64,000 bases of DNA from Rhizophagus irregularis (GCF_026210795.1 NC_089434.1:2170001-2234000); one strand, 5' to 3'. Positions 27,823 through 41,810 are shown, counted from the first letter of the stretch. Numbers and translations: made by a program. The notes: generated from the sequence alone by a model not told the origin.

Positions 27823-29222
27823 ATGGCTACAAAACGTGGCGAAAAATGAAATATTGATGATAATGAAAGAATCTCAAGACGTAATACTGAGAAGAGTAGT
27901 GAAACTGAAAAACGAATAAGATTATCAGACGATAACATTGAAGGTATGTATGACATGATATGTATCATATTCTTTATAAGAAATTATATAAAATATAGTT
28001 AAATTATATTTTATTATTAAAGTTAATAAAAAACAATAGAAAAACTATTAAGAACCAATTCGCAGATAATTTCTAAGCTTGAAGTTCTTATACCAGACAA
28101 AAAAATCTTGAAACCCGTCTCTCGGACATAGAAAAAAAGCTCAATGATAATAACAAAAATAATAATAATACAATAGATCTGGAGTATGTAAAGGTAATAA
28201 AGATAAATATTATTTAATGTAAACCTGAAATGCTAACCTCGTTTGATTAGGAGCTCATTAAAAAGGTGTCGAAAATTTTATTTGAAAATTTTGTTTATCC
28301 TTCACAAGACGAGTACAAACTTGCTATCGAAAAATATTTAAAAGATGAAAATCCGGAATTTATACGCCAGTTCAAAAAAAATCAATGGATTATTTTGTTC
28401 GAAAAAAATTGTCCCGACTGTAAGTTAAAGCAATTATGAATTTTATTAAATTTCATATTAACATTTTTTTTTAATAGTTAGTACAACAACATAGAAGCAT
28501 ACGAGGGGCGTTCACGTCTAGAGTCAAAGACGTTATGTATTCTGTTTTCGAAGTGACTGGGCATAAATTACCGTCTATTAACACTCAGGCTAGTCCGTCA
28601 AAGATTCAGAAATGGAAGAGTAAGGCAGAGGTGAAAAGATGTTACAACAACCTATTTAAAAAGGTTAAAGATGGACAACTTATGACATATATGTCGCTGA
28701 TAATTGATAAGTTGCGAAAAGAAAATAAAAATCCCTCAAAAACACAAATAGCGTATGCGATTAGTATATGTGAAACGTATTTAAATCCTAATAATCAAAA
28801 CATTTAAATGAGCGAAAGTATAATGAAGTTGAAGATAATCAACAACTTAGTAAGTTTTTAATTTACAATTTGCAAAATGTGAATCATTTGAATTACAGTT
28901 TATTTATTTATTTATTGATTTTTAGCAAAGGTTGAAAAATAGGGATAAATTTACACATTCAGACAACGATTCTCATGATGGTAATGATGTAAATGATGGT
29001 GGTGATAGAGCAGCTGACGATAGAGCAGGTGCGGCTGACGATAATGCGACTAATGATGATAGGCTTAATGATGGTGCGGTTAACGATGGTGTGGCCAACA
29101 ATGGTACGGCCAACAATGGCATAGCTGACGATGATATACTTTCTATTGACTTTTATAACACAGAGGAGGAAGGTCAGTATGTAAATAGTTTATTAGAGAA
29201 TTATGGGTTGCATAGGAAATAA
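27823..29222 (+). pseudogene. Second, multi-exon gene of the Plavaka element; unknown function
   Basis: MATKRGEK* start; a coiled-coil-like exon; exon ..HRSIRGAFTSRVKDVMYSVF..IQKWK..VKRCY..IAYAISIC..; D/N-rich tail. GT-AG introns and premature stops. Confidence 0.7.
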
Positions 29223-29382
29223 ATATTATTTTTTATATATATCACACGTAATAGCATTTTTTTTACCATAATAATATTGTTTTAATAAATAAAATGGTTA
29301 TTAATTCTTAACAACACAGGTGTGACATAATAAATCGTGGCTGAAATTTGCGTTTAATTTGTGTTTAATTTGTGTTAATAAT

Positions 29383-32300
29383 TAGAGGTTGGAACCAGAT
29401 ATTGATATCAGATTTATAATCGGATTTAATCGTTTCAGATTTATAACCGGGTTGGAAATTTATTAAAAATGATAAACCAGTTTTAATATAACCGATTTAT
29501 CCGGTTTATTATAATAGATTTGTACTATGTAGTACAGATCTCATTTAAATAACTAAATATCGATAATCTTCTCATCAGTTCTTCTCTAATCATTTCTCTT
29601 AAAAAAAAAACTAAATAACCAATGTGACAATGTCAGCTTCCATGTTTTATCCTTCAGATGCAGACTCTGACGAAGATTCTCACACCACACACTCCACACA
29701 ATCATCTAAAACACGAAAAAAGTGAAAAGCTAACATTGTATCTGATCGTAGTAACAAAAGTCACACCTCTTTTTTTTTTCATATAGATGAAAATGATTCT
29801 GACCTTGTGTATTGTAAAATATGTGAATACGACCTTTCTGGATCTTATAGGAAGCCCTATGCATATACTCGTAAAGGTGGAAACACATCAAGTATGATAG
29901 CCCACTTACGAGACAAACATGGCATAACCAAGGATAATTTTACCAATTATTTAGATGAATATAGAGAGGTATGATGACTATGATCGAAATTTTTATTTTA
30001 TTTTGTATTTTATAACGTAACTATTAACTAATTCACTTAATTGATTTACTTATTAGCCAAAATGGGATCAAAGTCATCAAACACAAGTTACCGATTATTA
30101 TAGCTCATCAAAACCATGTCCAGCCAAAAGACAAGAGTTATCAGCAAGAAAATTAATTCAATTTATTATTCATTTTGTTTTGCCTCTTTACATTTTACAA
30201 AACTGATTTTTTCGTGAATTTATTTACGCATGCGAGCCAGGATTTCGTATCCCATGTGATAAAACCGCCAAGGGACTAATCCACGAAGCATATGAATGGA
30301 GCTACAATCAGCTTAGCGCCTTACTTCGTAGTAGTGTAATGAATATCCATCTTACTACTGATCTATGGACAGCAAAATCTCGTTATGGCTACTTAGGCGT
30401 TACGGCAACTTGGCTGACCTCCGATTTTGAGTTTCGAGAAGCCCTTCTTTCTTGTGATCATCTTCCATACCCACATACAGGAGAGGTGATTAGCGAAGAG
30501 TTATTTAGAATAATTGGTGTTTGGCGACTTAAGACAATGGTTTTTACTATTGCCACGGACAATGGAGCTAATATGGTCAAGTGAATACGATTGTTAAATA
30601 CAAATCATATTAGCAGTGTAGAACGTCAACCTTGTGCCGTGCACACGTTACAATTATCAGTTCAAGAAGGATTGAAGCAATGTAAAGCCATACATCGTCG
30701 TGTTAAAAGTTTGCAGGCTTTTTTCCGACTTCCTAAGCAAGCTCAACGTTTACACAAAGCGCAAAAAGCGCAAAATGAATCCAATCAAGCTGAAGGAGAT
30801 GTCCAAAGTCCTCTTGACCTTTTAACGGATGTAAAAACGAGGTGGAACTCCACCTATCTAGCTTGGAAACGTCTCTTGGAATTACATAATTTAATAAGAT
30901 TCGTTTCAACTTCATTACTTTCCAAATCGGATCGTGCCTCCCAAAAAGAAGGCGAAAAATTAGAACGTCTGTGCTTATCGGTTGGAGAAAAGGAGTAATG
31001 TTTTTTTTTATTATTTAATTAGTTCTATTGGTTTAAAGTTTAAACAAGAAAAAACATATATATATTTTCATTTATTAATCAATTATCATTTTTATTTATT
31101 TACATTGTAGATTTTTGCAAGAAGTTGTAAAGTTGTTAGAACCAATCGAAATCGTAACTAGGCATTTGTGTGGTGCCAACTATCCAATACTTAATCTCGT
31201 TCACCCATACATGGAATCACTTAAAAAAAAATTTGCTCCAAGATCAGACAAAAATGAAACAGTTGACACCTATCTGAATCTCGTCTATGGTGAAGGATAT
31301 GAAGAAAATGATGATGACGAAATAACCGATGATGATATACCTGATGCTGGCACCCGTCAACAATGGCAATATGCGCACCGCTAATTTCATCAAAGGATGA
31401 GTGCTCGTGGTCGAGGAAGGGGACGAACTCAACAGAGATCTAGCAGGAAACGAACACGGACTGAAAGTGTTGCGGAAGATACAAATAAGGTGGAAGATTT
31501 ACCACCGGTTAATACAACAAATTTGCTTGAAAAAGTCTGAGTTGCAATATACTTGTCATTAGATGAATTATGGGCTATTCCAACAGATACTGCTTTGATT
31601 GCTACATTTCTTGATCCCTGATTTAAACATTTCAAGTGGTCAACTAATAGTGAACGAGATAGGGCGAATCAATTGGTAAAAAAGTTATACGATGAGCTGA
31701 AAATAAACCTTCGTGTTCCAGATGACATTGAACATAGGAGTCTTGAGGAGAACAATGATGATAATGATAATCTGTTTAGCGATTTAGAAGGAAATTTCAC
31801 ACAAACAAACACAGAAGAGAAAGATGAAGTGTCACGTTATGTAAAGTTACAGGATATTAGGGTCAAGGATGACCCTTTAATGTGGAGGTTAAATCATAGG
31901 GATAGTTTTTTTACCTTAGCGCAACTTGCAAGGAAATATCTTTCAATTCCAGCGACTTCAGTGCCTAGCAAACGATTGTTTTCGGATGCCGGTAACCATA
32001 TTTCGGCAAAAAGAACACGCTTAGCACCTGATTTAGTGAACAAAGTTTTATTTTTAAAACGTAATAACACCCATTTTGAGATGTTTCCACCACAAGAAGG
32101 TTAAAAAAGGAAATCTTTTTATGAAATTTTTAATAATTTTGCTTACATTTAATATTCAAAATTCGAATAATTCAATAATTTCAATTAATAATAATATTAA
32201 CAATTTAACATTTTTAGTAGATAGTAGTAAATACTAAATAGTAATAATAAATAATAGTAAATAATAGCGTTAATAATAAGTATTAAGTAATGTAATAAGT

Positions 32301-32577
32301 ATTAATACTAGGAATAACAATTAAATAATAGCTTTAAAAAAGAGAGTTTTATTTGTTTAATTAACAATGCAAGTGAATAAAAAAAAAATTATTATTCGTT
32401 AATCGTCTTCGCTTATTAATTATTATTATTAAAACCGGTTAAATCGATTTAACCGGTTTAATTAAACCGGTTTATCGGTTTTAACTGGTTTTAATATATA
32501 ATCGGTTTATAACCGATTTCAATTTTCACGATATCAATAAAACCGGTTTGTAAAAATAAAGCCGGTTCCAACCTCTA
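29383..32577 (+). mobile_element. hAT (Ac/ZBED-like) transposon, copy 1; transposase pseudogene at 29630-32104
   Basis: TIR tagaggttggaacc; TSD ttaataat; BED finger (VYCKIC..SSMIAHLRDKH), LTTDLWT, TDNGANMVK, C..HTLQL, TRWNST, hATC dimerisation LARKYLSIPATSVPS.RLFS. Confidence 0.96.
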
Positions 32578-33589
32578 TTAATAATTCTGGTAAAATTTTG
32601 TTAATTTTGGCCAAATTTCGTTAAATTTATTAAATTTGTGTTGAATTTGTATTGATAATTTTTAATTTATCACGAGGGGATGATATTTAGTAATTGTGCA
32701 TATACAATTTCTGTACGATGTACATGATTTTTTAAAATGCGGATTTCCGTAATTTTACGATATCGTATTTTCTGGCCAATCAAAATTAGGCTGATCCTTG
32801 CATGTGATTTAATCATTTAATCATGCACGCGTTTTTTGTCTTATTTATTTTTGTCTCTTATTTCTTTATTCTTTTGTTCAATATTTTTAATTTTTTTGTC
32901 TCTTCTTTCTATTATTTCTTTAATTATATACAATATATTTACATATATTTCATAATTTATTGCTTTGCAGGTGTAGAAATATTTGCTTATTAATACTAAT
33001 TATTTTCATTTTTTTTACCTCTTTGTTACTTTGTATCGTAATACTAACAATAATATCTATATTTCCTTTATTCCTTTTTACTTGTACTTTAATACTAACG
33101 ATACTAACAATACTAACAACATGTTTATTTTTTCTTTTCTTTTTATTTCTTTATTCTTTTGTTCAATTACTTTGCAGGTATAGAAATATTTATTTATTAA
33201 TACTAATTATTTTAATATTAATGTGTTTTTTTTTACCTCTTTGTTACTTTATGTCGTAATACTAACAATACTATCTACGTTTCCTTTCCTTTTTACTTGT
33301 ACTTTAATACTAATGATATCCATGTTTCTTTTACTCCTTTTACTGTTTCTTTAACTCTTTTTACCTTAATACTAACAATAATAACAATATTTCTTTTATC
33401 TTTATATCTAATACTAACGTTACTATAGCTGGTTCTCTTCTTTTTATGTCTAATAATATTGTTACTCTTTACTCTTTCTTTTTTTTACTTTTATGTATTC
33501 TGTATATATTAATAAATACTTGTAATTTTTTATGGTTTAATAAAATTATATCTAATAAAACATATATTATATAAACTTATAGTACAGAA

Positions 33590-34358
33590 AATGAAGTATT
33601 ATTTATCGAAATATTTTGAAATATTACGAAATATTAAGTTGTGTAAAATCACAGAATATTACGAATCGTCAAGTTATGGAGCATTACACATTATAGAATT
33701 TTGAAATATTTTAAAAAGTTGCGAAGTATTACGCAGTAAAATTATGGAATATTACGAATCGTAAAATTACGAAGCTTTGCATATAGTAATATTTCGAAAT
33801 ATTTTAAAAAGTTACAAAATATTACACTTACGCAAACTTGCGGCGGGTCTGAAAACTTATGAAATATTATGTAAAATTACGAAATATTGCAAACCACAAA
33901 ATTACAGAATATTACAAATCGTAAAATTACGAAGCTTTGCATATCGTAATATTTTGAAATATTTTAAAAAGTTACAAAATATTACGCTTACGCAAACTTG
34001 CGGCGGGTCTGGAAGCTTACGAAATATTATGATGTGTAAACTTGCACTAGTGTTTGGAATCGAATATATTCGAATATACTCGAGTATTCATTTAAATTTA
34101 TAAAGTGTATTCGAATAATATTCGAATAAGTTAAATTTCCTTTTATAGTAATGATTTACATAATTTTTAGCCTGAATTATGATTTTAACTCAGTTAAATT
34201 TAAGGATTTAATGCCCAATTGGAATTTTAACTATACTATATCTGGCTAAATGAATACTCGAATAACCACTATGCTTATTCGAATACTTGAATATACTCGA
34301 GTTATTCGAATAACTGTTACATGATTCCAAACACTAACTTGCACAACTTTTCGCACTA
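33590..34358. repeat. Tandem aatattacg-rich subterminal repeats of an unclassified element ending in ttttcgcacta
   Basis: Duplicated block of about 168 bp (cttacgcaaacttgcggcgggtctg at about 33827 and 33987). The partner end was not found. Confidence 0.6.
34048..34336. mobile_element. hAT MITE
   Basis: TIR tagtgtttggaatc; TSD acttgcac; internal tattcgaata repeats. Confidence 0.92.
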
Positions 34359-34794
34359 TATAATTTCCTGATGACTATTTTAAAAATTTTACAAAATAAT
34401 TGTACAATTGTTTTGAAAGCCATTGTATCTAGATCTATAAAAATATTTCAAAAAATTGGCCATTTTTAGTAAAGTACTATAATTCCTGTTTCAGACCCAA
34501 TATGGTCTTTATCTTTTGAATTTGTGAAATAAGATATGTAGTCATTTGTGATGTTTTTATATACGAATTTAGCTTCTGAATTTTTTAATGACGTTTCAGA
34601 AATGCCTAATATGTTAATTTGCTTTTCCTCTAAAAAATCCAATATAAACTGACGCTTTTTTATTGTTAAGCCCTGTACGTTAAAGGTGGCTATATTAAGA
34701 TAAGGTTGTAATTGGGAGCTTTTTGTTTTGTTATTTTCGAACAAATCATTTTTTTGTTTGTTAGTATAAATGTTAATTTCTGGGAAGGCAGGAT

Positions 34795-35038
34795 TAAGGT
34801 TACTTGTCTAAACCTCTTCAAAATCCTACGATTAGTTTCGTCAAAATTTTACTATAGATTTATTATAGTTTCGGCAGAGTTTCGGCAGTTTCGGCATTTA
34901 TAATAAGTTTCGGCAGTTTCGCCTTTCTCCAAAGTTTCGCCAGTTTTTTAATATAACATTAATATAGTTTTGGCAGAATTTCGCTTTTCGGCGAAACGCC
35001 ATCTTGCCTAAACCCCTAGGTTTTGGCAAGCAACCTTA
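34795..35038. mobile_element. hAT MITE, related to 21795-22016
   Basis: TIR taaggtt.cttg / caagcaacctta; TSD ggcaggat. Confidence 0.92.
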
Positions 35039-35549
35039 GGCAGGATAAAATTTTTTTTTTTTCTTTTTTTGAGGTATTTTTTGTTGTACTATCATTAAAA
35101 ATATGTAAAAATAAGAAAAAGATTAATCTTCCATTGTTACGTTATCTCCATCTTCTAATCCTGCCGTATTAGAAGACAATGTCATTTTTGTTAAAAGAAA
35201 GTCAAGCTTTTTCGCGATTTGAGTCAATAAAGTCATATTTTATTCAATTTTTTCATCAGATCTGGATAATTTAGCTTTGAATTCGTTCATTCCTGAGTCA
35301 GATGAGGATCCAGAATCTTTGATATGAACTCTTTTATTGTTATTGTTGAGTGAAGTACTAGCCTTTTCTTTCAATTTTTGGTTATTATTTTTTAAGATTG
35401 ATTTATGTTGTTGTTGTTTTGTCGGACTGGGTCGATTGAATTTAATTGACAATGACCATTATTACCCATATATGGGTTATCGTGAATAATATTTTTTCAT
35501 TCCATTCTCTACGATTGTTATTAGGATAAGGTTGTCGTCTCCTTCTATT

Positions 35550-35828
35550 CACTGGTAAAAAAATGATTTATCCTACACATATCTTACACATATTGGGTAC
35601 TTAAAATGTAGAAAATCATACACAAATAATACACATATCATATACATATCGGGTACTAATATATATATCATACATATATCAGGTACCTGATAGGTATACT
35701 ATATATATAAGTACCCGATATGTGTATGATATGTGTATTATTTGTGTATGATTTTCTACATTTTGAGTACCCGATATATGTAAGATATGTGTAGGATATG
35801 TAATAGATAGACCATTTTTTTACCAGTG
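35550..35828. mobile_element. CACTA-type (CACTG) foldback MITE
   Basis: TIR cactggtaaaaaaatg; 3-bp TSD att; almost fully palindromic. Confidence 0.92.
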
Positions 35829-35981
35829 ATTATTACTTCCTCCTTTAGTAACTTCTGCATATGAAAAGGATGTCTTTTTCTTAAATTGACTAAGCGCTTG
35901 TGTTCTGTTCAAATATTTGGGTTTAATTTGTTGTTCCTTGTCACAATCTTTGGCGATATGTGCAGGAGAACTACATGATAT

Positions 35982-36899
35982 GAGCTGATTTGTTTACTCT
36001 GCATTAAAGAGAATTATTCACAATTTTGTTACTTGTTACTCAAAATTGTTTTGTAATACCAAAAAATCATCTGATTGATAATCACTTAACTAAATAATAA
36101 GTTGAACAAAAATTTACATTTGCGAAACTTAAATTATTAAATGTAAAAGAACTGTGAAAAAACTCATTTCACTAATAAAAAACCTATTTTTCATATATAT
36201 AGAATTTTTAACATATATTTTTAAAAAGTAAGTATATTTTAATAAAATATAAAGTAAAATAAAAATTTATATAGTCTTAGTAGCTATAAATGTTTATAAA
36301 AATATAATAAAAATATTATATAAAGGATGATATCATAATAGATATTTTCAAACAATAAAAATAATTATTTTATGTCAGGGTTTGTATTATCATCTTTAAA
36401 CGAAAATATATTGAGATCCACTGATTCGTTTTTTATAATTTTAGGCTCGTTGGAAAGCCCTTATTCTGGACTTTATAGGCGAAAAAAGAGCTCGCCAATT
36501 GAATCATTAGATTCGGAGATATTTATATTTAAAGTTAAAGTACGAACTTTTTAACATGCTTAAATGCAAATATCTTGGGATCCACTGATTCATTTTTTAT
36601 AAATTTAGGCTCTTTGGAAAGCCCTTGATCTGGTCTATATGAACGAAAAAAGAGCTTTCTGATTGGATCATTGGATCTGGAGATATTTACGTTTAAAGTT
36701 AAAATACAAATTTTCAATATATATAGTAAGTGCTAAGAATTATATTAATTTAAAAGAAATATTTACCAAATTATAGTATAATAACATTAAATAAATATTT
36801 TTTAATACTCATTTCCAATTTACTGTATATTATATAATATTTTGTATAATAAAAATGTAATAAAATCAATATTTTAATTAAAGATATACAAATCAATCC
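35982..36899. mobile_element. Non-autonomous TIR element, possibly Sola-like, with two internal quasi-palindromic units
   Basis: Ends gagctgatttgt / acaaatcaatcc, each flanked by atat. An inverted paralog starts at 62576. Confidence 0.65.
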
Positions 36900-37948
36900 A
36901 TATGGTTTTTTCTTCAGCAACTTCTGCTGGAAAAATGGCTAAGTGATCAGCAGATGAGAAATGTAGTCGATCCCCTTTTATTAACTATTAATCTTAAAAT
37001 GCAATTTTACTACTATTAGATTTATCTTATTGAAACGATTCCAATGAGCTATATTTTATTCTTTTTAATTACTGGGTCAAAAATTAGCAAACTGCCTGAT
37101 TGGTGATGATATTTAGCAAAAATGCCAATCAGTCACTAATTAGTCATCAATCAAGTATTTGATTAATGACTGATTGAAGATCAATTAATACCTGATTTTT
37201 CACTTTTTATTTTGTGTTATAAGATAGGTTACCTTCAAATTTAAAATAAAAATCTTTTATAAAATTCTTTACAAATTCTATTATAAAAGAAAATTTTATA
37301 TTACATTGTTATGATTTTTCCTTTTTAGCTAATTAACTAATAGAATTTAAGAAAAAAGTAAGATAAAATCATTAGTAAAAGGCCAATTTTCTACAGTGAT
37401 CTTTATTATAAGTAAATAAGGTCTTTATATACATTGCTACAAATTCTGTACATATTTTGTATAAAAATATATAAACCTATATAAATAATAAATAATTACT
37501 TTTTATAGGGCAGTAGAAGAAAAGTTTCACAAAAGTAAAATTATCTTTGATAGGAACTGCTTCAAATTAAGTAATTTTACTAAACTAAGAGTTAAAGTTC
37601 TGTTTAAATTTTAAAAGAATTTATAGGAAGTCTATAAACAAATGAAAACTAAGAAAAGCTTAAGCTTTTCTTTCAGCAACTTTTACTGAAAAAATGGTCA
37701 AAAAATCAATAGGTAAAAAATGTAATCAATCCTTTTTCTTTTATTTTTAATTAGATTTTTTTATTTTAATTATATTTAATTTTAATTTTTTTTTTTTTTT
37801 TTGCAAGGTGGTGCAATTCATGAGTTTATTAGTTATATGGAATTACAGAGTTTTCTGCTATAAGCATAGGTTTCCCATTCTATAGATTGCTCCTGTGCCC
37901 TACCATCACCAATATGAAATTCACCTATATCCTCCTATATATAGTAGC

Positions 37949-40900
37949 TAGAGGTTGGAACCGGCTTTATTTTTACAAACCGGTTTTATTGATATCGTGA
38001 AAATTGAAATCGGTTATAAACCGATTATATATTAAAACCGGTTAAAACCGATAAACCGGTTTAATTAAACCGGTTAAATCGATTTAACCGGTTTTAATAA
38101 TAATAATTAATAAGCGAAGACGATTAACGAATAATAATTTTTTTTTTATTCACTTGCATTGTTAATTAAACAAATAAAACTCTCTTTTTTAAAGCTATTA
38201 TTTAATTGTTATTCCTAGTATTAATACTTATTATATTACTTAATACTTATTATTAACGCTATTATTTACTATTATTTATTATTACTATTTAGTATTTACT
38301 ACTATCTACTAAAAATGTTAAATTGTTAATATTATTATTAATTGAAATTATTGAATTATTCGAATTTTAAATATTAAATGTAAGCAAAATTATTAAAAAT
38401 TTCATAAAAAGATTTCCTTTTTTAACCTTCTTGTGGTGGAAACATCTCAAAATGGGTGTTATTACGTTTTAAAAATAAAACTTTGTTCACTAAATCAGGT
38501 GCTAAGCGTGTTCTTTTTGCCGAAATATGGTTACCGGCATCCGAAAACAATCATTCGCTAGGCACTGAAGTCGCTGGAATTGAAAGATATTTCCTTGCAA
38601 GTTGCGCTAAGGTAGGAAAACTATCCCTATGATTTAACCACCACATTAAAGGGTCATCCTTGACCCTAATATCCTGTAACTTTACAAATAACGTATAACT
38701 TATGCTTCTCTTGTGTTTGTTTGTGTGAAATTTCCTTAGATCGCTAAACAGATTATCATTATCATTATTGTTCTCCTCAAATCAATTCTATGTTCAATGT
38801 CATCTGGAACACGAAGGTTTATTTTCAGCTCATCGTATAACTTTTTTACCAATTGATTCGCCCTATCTCGTTCACTATTAGTTGACCACTTGAAATGTTT
38901 AAATCGGGGATCAAGAAATGTAGCAATCAAAGCAGTATCTGTTGGAATAGCCCATAATTCATCTAATGACAAGTATATTGCAACTCGGACTTTTTCAAGC
39001 AAATTTGTTGTATTAACCGGTGGTAAATCTTCCACCTTATTTGTATCTTCCGCAACACTTTCAGTCCGTGTTCGTTTCCTGCTAGATCTCTGTTGAGTTC
39101 GTCCCCTTCCTCGACCACGAGCACTCATCCTTTGATGAAATTGGCGGTGCGCATATTGCCATTGTTGACGGGTGCCAGCATCAGGTATATCATCATCGGT
39201 TATTTCGTCATCATCATTTTCTTCATATCCTTCACCATAGACGAAATTCAGATAGGTGTCAACTGTTTCATTTTTGTCTGATCTTGGAGCAAATTTTTTT
39301 TTAAGTGATTCCATGTATGGGTGAACGAGATTAAGTGTTGGATAGTTGGCACCACACAAATGCCTAGTTACAATTTCGATTGGTTCTAACAACTTTACAA
39401 CTTCTTGCAAAAATCTACAATGTAAATAAATAAAAATGATAATTGATTAATAAATGAAAATATATATATGTTTTTTCTTGTTTAAACTTTAAACCAATAG
39501 AACTAATTAAATAATAAAAAAAAACATTACTCCTTTTCTCCAACCAATAAGCACAGACGTTCTAATTTTTCGCCATCTTTTTGGGAGGCACGATCCGATT
39601 TGGAAAGTAATGAAGTTGAAACGAATCTTATTGAATTATGTAATTCCAAGAGACGTTTCCAAGCTAGATAGGTGGAGTTCCACCTCGTTTTTACGTCCGT
39701 TAAAAGGTCAAGAGGACTTTGGACATCTCCTTCAGCTTGATTGGATTCATTTTGCGCTTTTTGCGCTTTATGTAAACGTTGAGCTTGCTTAGAAAGTCGG
39801 AAAAAAGCCTGCAAACTTTTAACATGACGATGTATGGCTTTACATTGCTTCAATCCTTCTTGAACTGATAATTGTAACGTGTGCGCGGCACAAGGTTGAC
39901 GTTCTACACTGCTAATATGATTTGTATTTAACAATCGTATTCACTTCGACCATATTAGCTCCATTGTCCGCGGCAATAGTAAAAACCATTGTCTCAAGTC
40001 GCCAAACACCAATTATTCTAAATAACTCTTCGCTAATCCACCTCTCCTGTATGTGGGTATGGAAGATGATCACAAGAAAGAAGGGCTTCTCAAAACTCAA
40101 AATCGGAGGTCAGCCAAGTTGCCGTAACGCCTAAGTAGCCATAACGAGATTTTGCTGTCCATAGATCAGTAGTAAGATGGATATTCGTTACACTACTACG
40201 AAGTAAGGCGCTAAGCTGATTGTAGGCTCCATTCATATGCTTCGTGGATTAGTCCGTTGGCGGTTTTATCACATGGGATACGAAATCCTGGCTCGCATGC
40301 GTAAATAAATTCACGAAAAAATCGGTTTTGTAAAATGTAAAGAGGCAAAACAAAATGAATAATAAATTGAATTAATTTTCTTGCTAATAACTCTTGTCTT
40401 TTGGCTGGACATGGTTTTGATGAGCTATAATAATCGGTAACTTGTGTTTGATGACTTTGATCCCATTTTGGCTAATAAGTAAATCAATTAAGTGAATTAG
40501 TTAATAGTTACGTTATAAAATACAAAATAAAATAAAAATTTCGATCATAGTCATCATACCTCTCTATATTCATCTAAATAATTGGTAAAATTATCCTTGG
40601 TTATGCCATGTTTGTCTCGTAAGTGGGCTATCATACTTGATGCTTTCCACCTTTACGAGTATATGCATAGGGCTTCCTATAAGATCCAGAAAGGTCGTAT
40701 TCACATATTTTACAATACACAAGGTCAGAATCATTTTTATCTATATGAAAAAAAAAGAGGTGTGACTTTTGTTATTACGATCGATACAATGTTAGCTTTT
40801 CGCTTTTTTCGTGTTTTAGATGATTGTGTGGAGTGTGTGGTGTGAGAATCTTCGTCGAGTCTGCACGTCGAAGGATAAAACATGGAAGCTGACATTGTCA

Positions 40901-41142
40901 CATTGGTTATTTAGTTTTTTTTTTAAGAGAAATGATTAGAGAAGAACTGATGAGAAGATTATCGATATTTAGTTATTTAAATGAGATCTGTACTACATAG
41001 TACAAATCTATTATAATAAACCGGATAAATCGGTTATATTAAAACCGGTTTATCATTTTTAATAAATTTCCAACCCAGTTATAAATCTGAAACGATTAAA
41101 TCTGATTATAAATCCGATATCGATATCCGGTTCCAACCTCTA
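37949..41142 (-). mobile_element. hAT transposon, copy 2 (inverted); transposase pseudogene at 38422-40895
   Basis: Near-identical reverse complement of copy 1; TIR tagaggttggaacc; its own TSD atagtagc. Confidence 0.96.
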
Positions 41143-41532
41143 ATAGTAGCTATCAGGTTATATAGGATCATTATTATTCTATGGTTTCAGTATGTGCTTT
41201 CACTACCCTCTAAACAAAAAGGAGAATTATTTATATATTTATACATTTTAATATTATTATATACCTTCCAAATTACCCTATTTCCTTTTCTAATAGAAAT
41301 TGAACATCGTCTACATGTTTGAGAATTTTCCTTCCTTTTAAATCATATGTATTACCTTCTATTTGCTGAGTTGGAGTTCATTCATATGCAATACGTTAAT
41401 GTGCTAGTATTTTCTTTTTTAGGTCTTGTTTCTTGATCCCTTTTGTGCAATATGGTTGCCAAATAATTTTAATTTTATTTTGATTTTAATTAATTAATTA
41501 TTTTTTTATTTATTTATTTATATATTTCTATA

Positions 41533-41810
41533 CACTGGTAAAAAAATGATTTATCCTACACATATCTTACACATATTGGGTACTTAAAATGTAGAAAATC
41601 ATACACAAATAATACACATATCATACACATATCGGATACAATATATATATCATACATATATCGTATCCTGATAGGTATACTATATATATAAGTATCCCGA
41701 TATGTGTATGATATGTGTATTATTTGTGTATGATTTTCTACATTTTAAGTACCCAATATGTGTAAGATATGTGTAGGATATGTGTAGGATAGACCATTTT
41801 TTTACCAGTG
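41533..41810. mobile_element. CACTA-type foldback MITE, second copy
   Basis: Same family as 35550-35828; TSD ata. Confidence 0.92.

Larger units (their letters stand above)
23010..32698 (-). mobile_element. Plavaka-type CMC transposon with long inverted ends and two divergent genes
   Basis: Inverted repeat aattactaaatatcatcccct.gtgataaat..acaaattcaacacaaattt at 23010-23200 versus 29320-29382 plus 32586-32698. It probably extends outward to about 21120 and 32740; the true termini were not resolved. Confidence 0.8.
34360..35981 (-). mobile_element. LINE 5' fragment: ORF1 Zn knuckle and N-terminus of the APE endonuclease, interrupted by two MITEs
   Basis: ISCSSPAHIAKDC knuckle near 35945-35981; LNIATFNVQGL..INILGISET at 34466-34744. 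Confidence 0.8.

Noticed and set aside
32578..37948. Inversion or composite transposon between the two hAT copies
   Set aside because: Each copy retains its own matching TSD pair.
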